64,000 nt of DNA from Perkinsus chesapeaki ATCC PRA-425. Its lineage: Eukaryota; Protista; Perkinsozoa. Where the stretch lies: positions 38,560 to 102,559 of the forward strand of contig JAAPAO010000051.1 in NCBI GenBank assembly GCA_013115145.1, given 5' to 3'. The position numbers and the translations under genes are program-made. Below are positions 24,832-36,800 of this stretch, one piece after another. How positions within the stretch are numbered: position 1 is the first letter of the stretch; every line of letters begins with the position of its first letter. Below the pieces are notes generated by a model. The model was not told where the DNA came from, did no database searches, and worked only from the letters and a program-made list of their open reading frames with translations.

Positions 24832-24964
24832 ATGCTCCAGCACAGCATGCCGAGAGGCGTCCATATCTCTATAGAATGCCTTACTTTTATCGACGCCTGA
24901 TCTGGACTCCTTCACAATGGCAGAATTGACCGATAAGTTGGCCTATAGTGTCACGTACAGTATT

Positions 24965-24973
24965 TTATTTATT
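24965..24973 (+). promoter_or_regulatory. AU-rich element nonamer TTATTTATT in the probable 3'UTR of the CCCH gene
   Basis: tattttatttatttg at 24961-24975, 134 nt after the stop at 24831. Function is inferred. Confidence 0.35.
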
Positions 24974-25443
24974 TGTTACGACGAGGAGTAATGTCAAACA
25001 TTCAATGTCTAATATTCTCATCAATGACCTAGAGTTGATTACTGTTGTAGTTATGCTTGGCACATATAAATCGTGTCCCTTTCCGCGCAGAGAGTTACAT
25101 AGCATGTCTCTCACAATAATAGATTTTTACCGATTCATTTAATAGTGTTATGACGATATCAAAATGCATGGTAATATTTGTTACATTATTGTCAGTAGTA
25201 CTGGAGTATGTGGTGACGTCAGAGGCATCCATTTAATGCAGCTACGTCACTCACTAGGGTAATTCCCAGACAGCTAATGGCTGTTTCTCTTTGATGAACT
25301 AAATGCACATAATCGTGAGCCTGAGGAATCGTTTTCTAAACACGTAGCATGCCTCTAAGAAATACTCCTGTTGAGTTTAGTTCGGTCCTCTATATAGACC
25401 CTTTCTTCATGTCAGTATCCCATTTTGCTAAATCCATTGTTGT

Positions 25444-28353
25444 ATGGGTCAAACCCATACTCGACATGTTTATAATCTTTCAAGTAGGGATGTGGAAATA
25501 TATGCAGTAAAGCCGAGTGACGTGGACGAGCAGACTTGGACGCAATGGATTGATAATAATTTCAAGCAGGCGACTAAATCCAATAAAACCCGCTCTAAGA
25601 GCAAGAGCAAGCAAGGAGCTATAGTTGGTATACCTTGAAATATAGCTATTACCTTGTCACGGTTTTGGATGGCAGGTGTTCCTTCTGAGTTTGATGAATC
25701 ATCGAAGGATACCTCTGGGGACAAGAAGGTCTCCCCGTCTGTACCCTCGGCGACATCCTCTGTAGATCGGTACTTGATTGGTAGTGTTGGATTTAAGACT
25801 TCAAGAACCCTGAAGTTCCCTGCTAAGGCTACGCGGGTAGTTTATACTTCCGATGTCTTATCTTGCTTATACATCACTTGCTGCAGGTGACTTTAGTAGC
25901 AGCCGGTGGTGCCGTGAATATTTCTGATATACCCAAGATGCCGTCAGCTTCCCACCGATCAAATGGGGGAAATACGCACAATCGCTCAACACGGTGGTTT
26001 GATGCAAAGCATTCCTCCAGGAAGAAGAGCTCTAAAATGCACGACTGGGAGATGTTATCCATGACTAAGGATCTTGTCATTGAAGAGAATCTCCATGGTA
26101 CTATTGTGTCTATAAGCCGGTAGGTATAGGGAAATTTCGGTCAGGGTTGAGGACACTACGGTTGGCTTATAGAGACAATAAAGTTCATGGCGAAAGACTG
26201 CTCTATGTAGTTAATGTCGATGCAGTAGAGAAGCTCGTACCGGCTATAGAGGTAGCTCCGGTAGGTCGCTCGATTATCGAATTAATGTCAGGCTAATAAG
26301 GCTCGCATTGAGGCGCAATCCGAGGATCGCTCAGGCAGTGTCTCTAAGGGAGACAGCTCGACTACGACTACACCGGGGAATACTGAGAGCGATGTTGAAG
26401 CGTCTAGTTACAACGATGAAGATGAATGGCAATGGGCATCAGCCCCCGCGCCTCCTCCTGCTGATACGGAGCGCACTTCTAATACGATACCCACGAGCGA
26501 GTTTAAGGAGGAACAGTTGAGGGAGGAAGAAGGTGATTTGACGATTCTTGCAATCCTCAACTGGACTAAATGTCCGTGTCATTAGGTATCACTCCAAGGG
26601 TCCTGATAGAGGAGGAAAACTCGAAAGCTGAAACCCCGGAGAGTGCTCCTGGCACTGTACAAGATCCAGCGGAGGCCAGTGTTCCAGTGGCGACGGCTTC
26701 TGGCACGCCCCCTAACAGGGAAGTCGGTAAAACGGCAAGCCGCAACGACAGCAGCAGCTCAACGCAGATAAAACAACACAGAGTAGGATTGCAGCGCTGT
26801 AAGCAATGCGAGGCGTACTGTTGTGTCAGACCGTTAAGACCTCTAATGCATCCTTTGTTTCCTCCAATGTATTTGGGGCAGTGACGTCTGCTGTCACCGG
26901 CGGTGTTACTAGGGGTGTGGATTCATATAGGAGGTAGCGAGGGCCAAAGTTATGTGAGGTCTGGCTTAGCTGGTTAGTGAGCTTTTTAAACTTCAGGCAA
27001 CAGTTGGAGAGGCAGATGGCTCTGAGGACCTTCCTTATGTCTGTTCCTTTTCCACCCCTATCTGAGAGGGCTGCTGCCCTAGTCCTAGATTATCTTGGTA
27101 AATTATCCATCGATTGGGTTATGGTACTAAAAGACGTAAGAATACATCTTTTAGTATAGCTTGTAGATGTCACGTTTAGACTGGTGTGGGTGTTGCAAGA
27201 GGTACTGTTATGGGTGGCACAGTTGGAGCTGCTGTTATGGGCGGAATGATTGGTTTCTCCCGAGCGGGTAAGAAGCCCACTTCCATTATCGCTAGCTGGT
27301 CTGTCAGGTGCCATGTTCGATGCCGCTAATAATGTAGGAGCTGCTACTGTGATGAGAGGCATGGGAACGGGCTTGGTGGGTCCTCGAAATAACTATCTTA
27401 GTTCCTCATATATTATGGTCAGGGTGTTATGGTTTCTGCAGCAATTACCGCATGTGAAGTAGGGTACCATGTTCGGAAATGTAAGCAAGGAAAGCTTCAT
27501 GTCCGCACTACTCGACGGAAGGTCACTGCAGCAGTGAGTCTATCTTCCAACTTATAGTTGAACATTCTTATTATCCCAGTCTATGCGTGGTGCAGCTAAT
27601 GCCGGGTTTTGTGCCTTAACTATTGTGCCTGGGGCAGGCCTGGTTGTCGCTATCATCGGAGGTGTTGCCTTTAATATCTGTGATGCTACATTCGGTTGGT
27701 CGGATAAGGCTGGTAAGTAGATGTGAGGTTTGAATTCTGAGGCTGATGTTTACCATGTACACTCAGCTAAGAAGTTAGTCCCTCTGTCTGAAGGTGAAGA
27801 AGTTTTCGAAGGAAAAGTTGTGTATGCCAAAATGATTGAAGCGGTACGGTATCATATGCCGCTATCGCTGTTATGTCTTTGCTCACAGGCTCGGGAAACT
27901 CTAGGCTTATCCCCCGAAGAACCATTAGACGAGGACGATCTCCGGCACAGACTGCGAAGATGGATGCTTAGCCTGCATCCTGATAAGAACAGCCAACAGG
28001 TAATGGTGAAGTTGTTGGAGCACATCTGTAGAGCTATTATGGTATAGGTCCATCCGCATCTACACACCATAGTCACAGCTTGCACGCTTCTGATAAATGA
28101 AGCGAGGGATATTCAGGCTCAAAGAAATGCCGAAACAGTTGATAATCCATTGGAGACAAGCGAAGATAATGGTACTTCAAATTTGTCATTTTCTATGGGT
28201 TATATTGGTTTGTCATTAGATATGAACCCCTATCAGCTACTGTGCCTTATGGACAACCCTGACACACACATGTCAACGATGGAAGACCACGACACTGCAG
28301 CTGATCTTGCTACTTCAAAAGCTGGGATGAAACAACAAGGCGTTGTGGCTTAG
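25444..28353 (+). CDS. J-domain (DnaJ type III) protein with putative N-myristoylation and hydrophobic Gly-rich segments, multi-exon
   Basis: Starts MGQTHT. The C-terminal J-like segment ARETLGLSPEEPLDEDDLRHRLRRWMLSLHPDKN contains HPD. Hydrophobic stretch FCALTIVPGAGLVVAIIGGVAF precedes it. Confidence 0.6.
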
Positions 28354-28517
28354 CGTCGATCACCCCGACCAATTTGTTTTATAGGAAACGTATTCTTCTA
28401 TCGCCATTTTTTCTCAACCATAGTTGGTCACAACATGCAGTCATATTTATGCAGCTTGTCACATTTGACACTCATTGATATTGTAGCTCTTGGGGAGCTA
28501 CTAGGTACAAACCCCGC

Positions 28518-28672
28518 TAGTACCGAACTACTCGATGCACAAGAGGGATGATCAGTGGACATCGGCTTTGACCGGGATGAACTATTACTTTGAGCCCTGG
28601 TATCATTAACCAGCCCCAGTGCTGCAATCGATCGTATCCCATCTTCGAATCCCGCCAGCTTAGTACCGAACT
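28518..28672. repeat. 12-bp direct repeat TAGTACCGAACT flanking 131 bp of intergenic DNA
   Basis: Exact copies at 28518-28529 and 28661-28672. Confidence 0.5.
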
Positions 28673-28747
28673 CTGAATAAGCTCTTGTGTTCTGTCGGGC
28701 GCGTATTAGTCACGTTGCTATGTATTCAGGATTGTTTCTGTAAGCTC

Positions 28748-30598
28748 ATGCTGAATCGATCATTTGGTGGGAAGGAGAAGACAATCGAAGGGCTGCTCCG
28801 GCCCTTCAATGTCCCTGGGTGGAAGAAAGCTCATACTCCTATGTACTGCATCATGACGCTGCGTCAGATAGATAAGTGTGTGAGCAAGCAAACCATAAGA
28901 GGCGGCGCGTCTCCTCTTGGCTCTGATGATTTGAACATGTTGATGGAGGCTTTAGTAGTGAGTGGAACTCCGGACAAGCCACTGAACTCCTCTCTTGCTG
29001 CCCAAGCTGTATTCCTATTGCTAAAGCTAGGAGTGTCTCCGGGACAATCTGTATTTGACAAACTTATCCCTCTGGCATCGCAAGCCGATGAGTGCCAAGA
29101 TGTCTGCAGTCTCACGTGGAGCATCGCATCTTGCGCATCTGATAGCAATAACGGAATCCCTGATATATTGTTGGATTTGTATCATCAGTCAGTGACTAAA
29201 GCTTTGTCTCGAGTCGACGCGCTATGTTCCAAGGATATAGGTATGTTACTCTGGGCTCTTGGGAGACTCCCAAGTACTGAGGAAAACAGTCTCGCGCTAG
29301 AGAGAGTGTTATCAAGTGGTGCCATCAAGTGGACCTCCTTAGCGCCTCGGGACTTAGCGATGGGTTTATCAGGGCTTGCGAAGGCAGGCTTACCCTTACC
29401 ATCGCAAGTCGTTGATACGTGCTGTCGACGGAAGGATTTGAAGTTGAGAGAAGCTGTACATATCCTTTGGGCAGTAGTCAAGTCAGCTGGTGAGTGGAGA
29501 CCAGAACTCGATACTTTGGTACCCGTTGTTCGACGAGAGTGGATAGAGCCCAATGCAAGGGATGCTATTATGGCAATATGGGCATTGGTTCATAGTGGTG
29601 ATCCTTCTACTATAGCATGGGCCGTATCTCCGGAGAGGCTATCTGGTATATCAATGATCCAGGTGAATGACCAAGATCGTTCTTCATATGCATTCGCTCT
29701 TGGACAAGCTGTTTCAACGATGTCTATCCTCAAGGTGGCCCCACAACTTATGAAGTTAGAGGAATGTATAACTATTAACTCCTCACCTCGTGAAATGTCA
29801 TTCTTTCTTTGGGCTTGTGCGTCTGCTTCGCGGTATCCCTCTGGTGCTATGGGTATTCTGAGTGACTGGGTTGTCAAATGGTATCCTCAGTTGTGTGAAG
29901 ACGTTGGCAACGCAGTTCGGATCTTATGGACCGTTGCTATATTCGATGGTCGAGGAGCTGATGCGGTTGTGCCTCTCCTCTACCCTATCTTTCGGCAACA
30001 GCCACTCAGAAGTTTTTCATCGAAGGAAGCAGCTATAACGCTATGGTCCTTGTTTGCTGTATGTGGATGCAAGGACATTGAATTTGCTCGCCAACTAGCT
30101 ACACAAATTAATTCATACGAACGCGCACATCGCGCCCAACTTTATCAAGTGAGTCTCACTTTAAAGCAGCCCCTATCGACCGATCCTGGAACGAAGGCTC
30201 TATCCAGTAGTGCATTGCATACTAAGGTATGTCGTATTCTGGGATCTGAATGGTCTCATGAGTATGCGGTTGTTCCCGGAGTTGTTGTTGATATTGCAAA
30301 AGCAAATGATAAGATAGCTGTGGAAGTAAATGGTGCTCACCATTATATCCAATATCTCAACGATGCTCAACGAAAGTTTCCTGATGGCGCGACGAGTTGG
30401 AAGACTCGTTATTTGACCAGGCTTGGGTGGAAGGCAGCATCGTTGGTAGAAGACGACGTCAGAGCAGTATCGCACTTACCATTGATTGAACAAAGAAAGA
30501 CGCTCATTAATATGATTGAAAAGAGTGCTTATGAAAGCAAGTGTTTCTGGTCATGCCAGCTTGTGTTGTATACGGTGGTCACATACGTTGTCGACTAA
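28748..30598 (+). CDS. Intronless OPR/HPR helical-repeat protein with C-terminal RAP domain
   Basis: Repeats KDIGMLLWALGRL, PRDLAMGLSGLAKA, REAVHILWAVVK, RDAIMAIWALVH, PREMSFFLWACA, KEAAITLWSL. RAP domain HEYAVVPGVVVDIA..DKIAVEVNGAHHY...DGATSWKTRYLTRLGWKAASL (~30230-30460). Confidence 0.85.
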   Translation: MLNRSFGGKEKTIEGLLRPFNVPGWKKAHTPMYCIMTLRQIDKCVSKQTIRGGASPLGSDDLNMLMEALVVSGTPDKPLNSSLAAQAVFLLLKLGVSPGQSVFDKLIPLASQADECQDVCSLTWSIASCASDSNNGIPDILLDLYHQSVTKALSRVDALCSKDIGMLLWALGRLPSTEENSLALERVLSSGAIKWTSLAPRDLAMGLSGLAKAGLPLPSQVVDTCCRRKDLKLREAVHILWAVVKSAGEWRPELDTLVPVVRREWIEPNARDAIMAIWALVHSGDPSTIAWAVSPERLSGISMIQVNDQDRSSYAFALGQAVSTMSILKVAPQLMKLEECITINSSPREMSFFLWACASASRYPSGAMGILSDWVVKWYPQLCEDVGNAVRILWTVAIFDGRGADAVVPLLYPIFRQQPLRSFSSKEAAITLWSLFAVCGCKDIEFARQLATQINSYERAHRAQLYQVSLTLKQPLSTDPGTKALSSSALHTKVCRILGSEWSHEYAVVPGVVVDIAKANDKIAVEVNGAHHYIQYLNDAQRKFPDGATSWKTRYLTRLGWKAASLVEDDVRAVSHLPLIEQRKTLINMIEKSAYESKCFWSCQLVLYTVVTYVVD

Positions 30599-30801
30599 TT
30601 GAACTTGATCGTCAATCCGATAGTCGGATTCCGACTGGCGATGATTAGGACTGAAATTGTACGAAAAAGTCAAGACTCAGAGAGAAAATGTAGTTGCCAA
30701 GGATGTCTTGCGCAGTGCATAGCAATTAACTCGCTGCAATATGAACACAACGACAGTACTCTATTGAGACGCGGTCCAACAATACATGGCACACGCGTGC
30801 T

Positions 30802-33800
30802 TCATATAACTGGACCCTGCTGCCCCATGCACCACGGGCAAGCCCGGGTCTCACGCACAAACCTAAGAAAAGATATACCGTTGCACCGATCGTCGCAAAA
30901 TGTCACTCATTCCAGTCGTCTTTGTTAGCTATAGCGCGGCAATGAGTACATTCAACCTTGGAAGATCCCACGACTGGATAGCCAGTCACTACGCAGGGAG
31001 TATACCTGAAATGCGTATCGATATCTACCGTGCCATTGCGCTCGGGGAGAATATTATTAAGCTACCTGTATTGACATTTCGGGCAGACTAGCGCAGCTGC
31101 ATAGATGTCGCTTTCGCATTTATCACATTGCCGAGTGCTCATTTCTTGTTGAACCCTATTATCAACGGACCATCCCAGTACCTCGAGGAGTAAGGCTTAA
31201 ATAATCGCCACACTGATGGACTCTTAGTACCCAGTCTCGTGCCTCCTCAACGAGATGGTCATCTCCGTAGAGGCTCCGAGGGAGGTTTATGTCATATGGT
31301 GAAGGTATATCAGTTTCTAGAAAATCCTGCGAAGAAATTAATTAAAACATTTCTTCAATTGTTACAGAGTTATCGATTGCGGCGCTATCTGGATCCCTGA
31401 TAGCATCCACAAGGTCAAGGTATCGATTAAGGAAGAAGAATGCCATCGATATATCCCCACACCTTTTACACTCTACACCCTGATAGACAAAAGGATTAGC
31501 ACCACGGATGCCATTCATTATCCTACGGCATTATAGAACACCCTATCAACGGGCACCACACTGCAGTAGCGACAAAGACTTACGGCTGCCTTACATATGA
31601 CTTTTTCAATAACTCTGTACTCTAAAACATCATAATAGAGACATCATGTCCGATGTCTGCCTACTTTTGGAGACAAATCCGATCCACATCAGATGACATG
31701 CCATAAGGTATTGGATTAGAACTTCATGATCACTCGAAGCCGTGGCTATAATTACACTCGGTGGGGATGTTCCAGCCTCCTGACTTCCAAGTACCTGAGG
31801 TTGACATGTGCGAATGAATGTACGCATCCAATACACCTTCAGAAGCAGGTCCCGGAGCTGTAGTAGATCACGCTCATAAGCGTCCTCTGACACCGCGGGG
31901 GGATATGTGGTAGCTATCTTGGATGCCATTACACTATAGATATTCAATGCTTCCTTATCCTAAGAGTCCAGCATGATAGTTCGATCCCATCGGTAATAGT
32001 CACCTTATAAGGGCCATACCGCAATAAAGCTTTACACGCATCGACACACTTACTCTCCGAGATTAACACCTAATAACACTTTGACTGGACGTCTCGATTG
32101 TGTTATGAAATAGTAGTACCTTAACGTACTGTAGTACATAATGTTCAAGATGCTTAGGAGCTGAGCTCTCAGCCAGATTCAGACACTTCGCCCACTCATT
32201 AGACCTCGCATATCTGCAGGTGTTGTAATGACTGATAGTATCAAACTCGCCTACGCATCCAACGCATGGACAACGTCCCCTCTTCCGGCTAGCTGATCTG
32301 TTTTCCCACTTTTAACGAGAGCATCTCGATGACGCTCTTCGATCGATGCAGCCAAAGACGGCATCCGTTGTTTGGCGAGTTGAATAGCGCGGTCCTAAGC
32401 AACCCAGATATAATGCAATTTCTCATAGCTCGCTGGTACCCATTGTCCAAGCTTCACTAGACACTCTACAGCATCACGGATTTTATCGATGCTTTCGTAA
32501 AGCTCCGCGGCCATATCGTAACGACGGAGCTCTTCCAACCTGACCGCCGCCCTCTGCGCAACTTCGGTATATCTGAAAGTCCCATTCGGGTGAAGCCTGG
32601 TGACCAAACAGAGAGTTAGTTACCGCTGCGGTGAATAGTGCGTAGCAACTCTTACGGCTCCATCAAGGAGAATACTCTCCACCTTGTCTGGGGACATGTC
32701 AGAACCTTAATCGGAGAAACTAGATCTTCCCTCCCCATGTGGCACCCCGTACCGGATGCGTCAAGGTAGAGATCAATAGCTTTCGAGTGGTCCCCAGCCT
32801 CTTCAAGCAGCTGAATTTAAATATGGTACTATACACCGACTCTCTTATCCCACCTTCGCATGCGCCATTAGGTCGTCGACACTTAGTTTCGCAGGGGGCC
32901 TCGTTTGTGTATTGTACCCCCTTTGAGAATCCGTAGCGTCCCCGGCATGTCCTGCGTATTTCATCACCTGCACCTGGATTACGTACTCTTCTTCAACTTG
33001 CTGCTCACCTCTGGTAGAATAGTAGGACAATGCGTTCGACATACTCTAACGGCCTCCTGGTGCATACCGTTACTGAGATAGACCTGACAACATTATGAAT
33101 ATGTGAAGTGTAATCATGATATCATACCTCTACTATGATACGAGGTTTACCAGCCTCTATCAGAGCCTTCTCCGCTTCACCAAATCTACCCTGCTCTACT
33201 AGTTCCCTAGAGGTACAAGAAAATGATTAAAAATGATACACCTTATATATAGATTAGAACTTTGCGCTGGCCTCGAGGATTGATCTCATAGAATCCCGAT
33301 CACCGCTGTTCTCCGCCACTCGTAGTGCAGCAGCCTGTCAGTGAGTTTCGGCACATCCCGAATTCTTAGGTCTACCCAGTCCTTTTGGTGTGTATACATA
33401 TCAATAGCTTCTTTAGGCTTTCCCGCCCTCATAAACTCAGCCTCAGCTTCCGCAAAGCTAGACCACACTATTGTTCGCTGTCTCATGAACTACAATGCTC
33501 CTACTGTCCGGTATCTTCCAAGTGCATGGCTTTCTTAAGGTGTATATCTGTCATCCTTTGCTCTGCGCCAAACTCCTCCGCAATCACGCTTGCTACCGAA
33601 TAGTCCTACATAATAACTAATACCCCCTTCCTCGATTATGCATTAACAACACCTCCAGACTAATTGCATGATCTATGGCGGCATCAACCAGTCCGCTGCT
33701 CGCAATAACCCGAGCCGCAGATAGCAGGTCTCGGCTAGTCGCATGAGCATGATCAATAACAACCTTCTCGAAAGCGTCTTTCCCTGCAATCAATCTGTGC

Positions 33801-36800
33801 TGCTGAACAGAGCTTGTATTAACAATACCTCCCCTAGCCTTTGCAACACGTTTCGCATCTTCCCATCGCCCACGACCTCGATACATAGACACAGCAGACT
33901 GCCATAGAGTACCAGACTGACGTAAACAGCTGCTTAAAGAGTAGTTATCTCCAACGACTCACTGCATCACAAAAGTATTGTTCAGCTTTTAGGAAGTTGC
34001 CCTTAGCTTCAAACTTCTCTGCCACTTCCCTGTAAACATCGTTTAGAGCCCCAGGCCTATACTTGCGAACTAATCTGGAGGGAGAAAACTACTAAGGACG
34101 ACTGAGACTAACAAGAGCACCTTATCATATTATGATAGTCCTCTTTATTCTTATACATCTCGATAGCTAAGTCATACTCGTTGGCCACGATATACAGTTC
34201 CTCAGCCTCAGACAGCTTCCCTTCACACTCGAGTTTGTCCGCCATACTAGTATACAATTCTACTCGGTCCTTCTGTGACATATGCTGAATATAAAGTATT
34301 GCGCAATACAATTCAAGCGTTCATATTGATTACTGTTTTAGCGACTCTAGATGCCTGATCGTATTCCTGAGCTGTTATGTACATCTGCACGCATTTATGA
34401 ATAGCTCCGGCACGTACAAACCACTTTTCCGCCACTTGATGTTGTCTGAATGACTGAGATATGAGTCGAGTTCGGAATACAACATTACCTTGAAGATGAG
34501 TAATGATCGCCTAGTTTCTCATGAATCTGCCGTATGTCAAATTCAGCAGTCTGCTCAGCGCCAGATGCTTCCAAATCTGTTAGAAGATGCTCAGCGCGCG
34601 ACCTACAAAGCAGCTTTTGTATTTCCGAAGATACGGGAAATATCTCCCCAAGTGAAAATCCGAGCATACCATTGCCTTCCTTGAAGAGCGGCATTGATAG
34701 CCTTCATTGACTTATTGGCTTGTGTGAAGTGATCAATAGCTTGCTCATACTGCCTAAGCTATTAATAGTTACCAAGAATCCCAACAACAAGGGAAGTGAG
34801 TACCTTTCACTAACAAGATAATCACCCCATTCCTCATGCAGCATTGGTACAGCTGCAAACTGTCGATGTTTCTTTGCCAACTCAATAGCTTGATAGTAGG
34901 CATGGCCTCGTCTATAGGAATCCATTGCTGGTTGTAACATCCCTACAAAGCATATACTAATCAGCAAATCTTGATAAGCTCACCCATCTTCTCATACAGT
35001 TCCCCCGCCTTGTCCTCACAACCGACAGTCTTTAAAGAAGCAGCAATCTTCTGTAATAGTTCTTGAGAATAGTTCATCTATCACAGCCGATGAAATATGA
35101 AGTACGTAATGAACCACGTCTACTTACAGGATGTTTGGCCACCACTGACGAAGCTCTGACAGCCATCCCGCTTTTAAGGTAAAGGGCTATGGCCTTTTCG
35201 TAGTTTCCCTCTCTCTCCTGCAGGGAACCCGCCAAGTCTTCCTGATGCCTACAATCTCAGAGTGAAGCTGTCTGAATGCTCATCCTCTACCATACGTCTG
35301 TAGCAGCCATTGTAAGAATTCTGTTTTAAGCCGCATCACATCAGGATAACCATGACGTTCTGCTAGCCGAATAGCGTCATCATACCTTTTTTAAGTAAAT
35401 GTAAGCATTGAGCATTTCATCATCTTGTATTACTTATGAATCTCCTGGTACATTCGTATGGCATCTTCCAAGTGGCCGGTTTCCGTATATATCTCCTCGG
35501 CTATGGAGAATTGTTTCTTTAGCACAGCCAGTCGAGCCACGACTTCTGGGTGATGGAGCCCGCTTTCATCTGAATGAGATAAGCAATTAAAAATGCGAAG
35601 CCGCCGTCATTCTACCGCCAGTTTCCCCGGCATATTTCTGGGCCAATCGTTGTATCTTTCTCAGCTCCCTGAACAAGACTGCATGAGGCAGACCGTGAAC
35701 ACGTTGTCGAACAAGTCACCTGCTCACTTCAACTTCTCCAAGGACCGCGTAGCAACGCTCGGCAACAGCTAAGCACATAGAATCCAGAGAAACAGAGCCT
35801 AGCTGCCTCCACATTCCTGCGTAAGAGCAAGTCTAGATAGTTGTGGCATTTACTGATTAGATATTAGCATACCCGTTGTCTCTGGGCCGAGAGGAAGGTA
35901 CTCCAGTACATCGACCGCCATTGCAAAGTGGCCACGCTCTAAGGAAGCCGAGAAGTTTATAAGAGCTTCATCAAGTTCGTACTCGACCTAGCAGGGAGGG
36001 ACAGCCTAATTGGGAATACTCATTAACGATACCTGGTTGCTAGGTGACTCATCCACAAGAACCACAGTTCGGCCAGCAGCACGTATAATATCTTCTATAT
36101 CTCCTTTAATGGCATGTTTAGTGATCCTGTCTGGTGTGGCTATAGAATACCTATGTGTTACAGAGTAGACACGCTGAACTTTGGCATTCAGAGCATACCA
36201 CACACAGAGCTCATCTCGTGATTGTGCAACCACAACATCTGAATCTGGTACCCAATTAACATAGTTGCAGGATGACCTAAAGTTTCATGGGATCGGTATC
36301 GTGATCATGATGCGTGTTGTACAGGAGTGCAGTTCTTTGCTGGGTTTGTAGATCATATAGGTACAGTCTGCGGCGTTTGTCTCTGAATAGCAACCTATGT
36401 GCTGTACCAGGGTTAAGGGAAAGCCAATCGACCTACAACACTCTCTGCTAGATACCGCGGCACCTCGCGTATTCACCTTGCAGTCGTGCTCTATAGTAGC
36501 TATTGGTTTAGCTTGACGCACTTCATTAACCCTTATGGTATTAGCGTCTAGTAGAAAAGCCATGACCATCACCTTGTCCCGGTGATCTTTGCCAGACACG
36601 CCGCTCTCAGAAGTGGAATCTCCCCGAGCGTGCTGATCTGATCGAGAAATGAAGATGCAAGCTCGTCCGTATTGGGAAGAAACATTTGCTCTACGTGGAG
36701 ATAATGGGTCGCCGGAAACAGACCGATAACTGATAAGATGAGGTGATACATATTCGGTTCGAGCGCACCCCATAACTTCATCTTCTCCATATTCTGAAAG

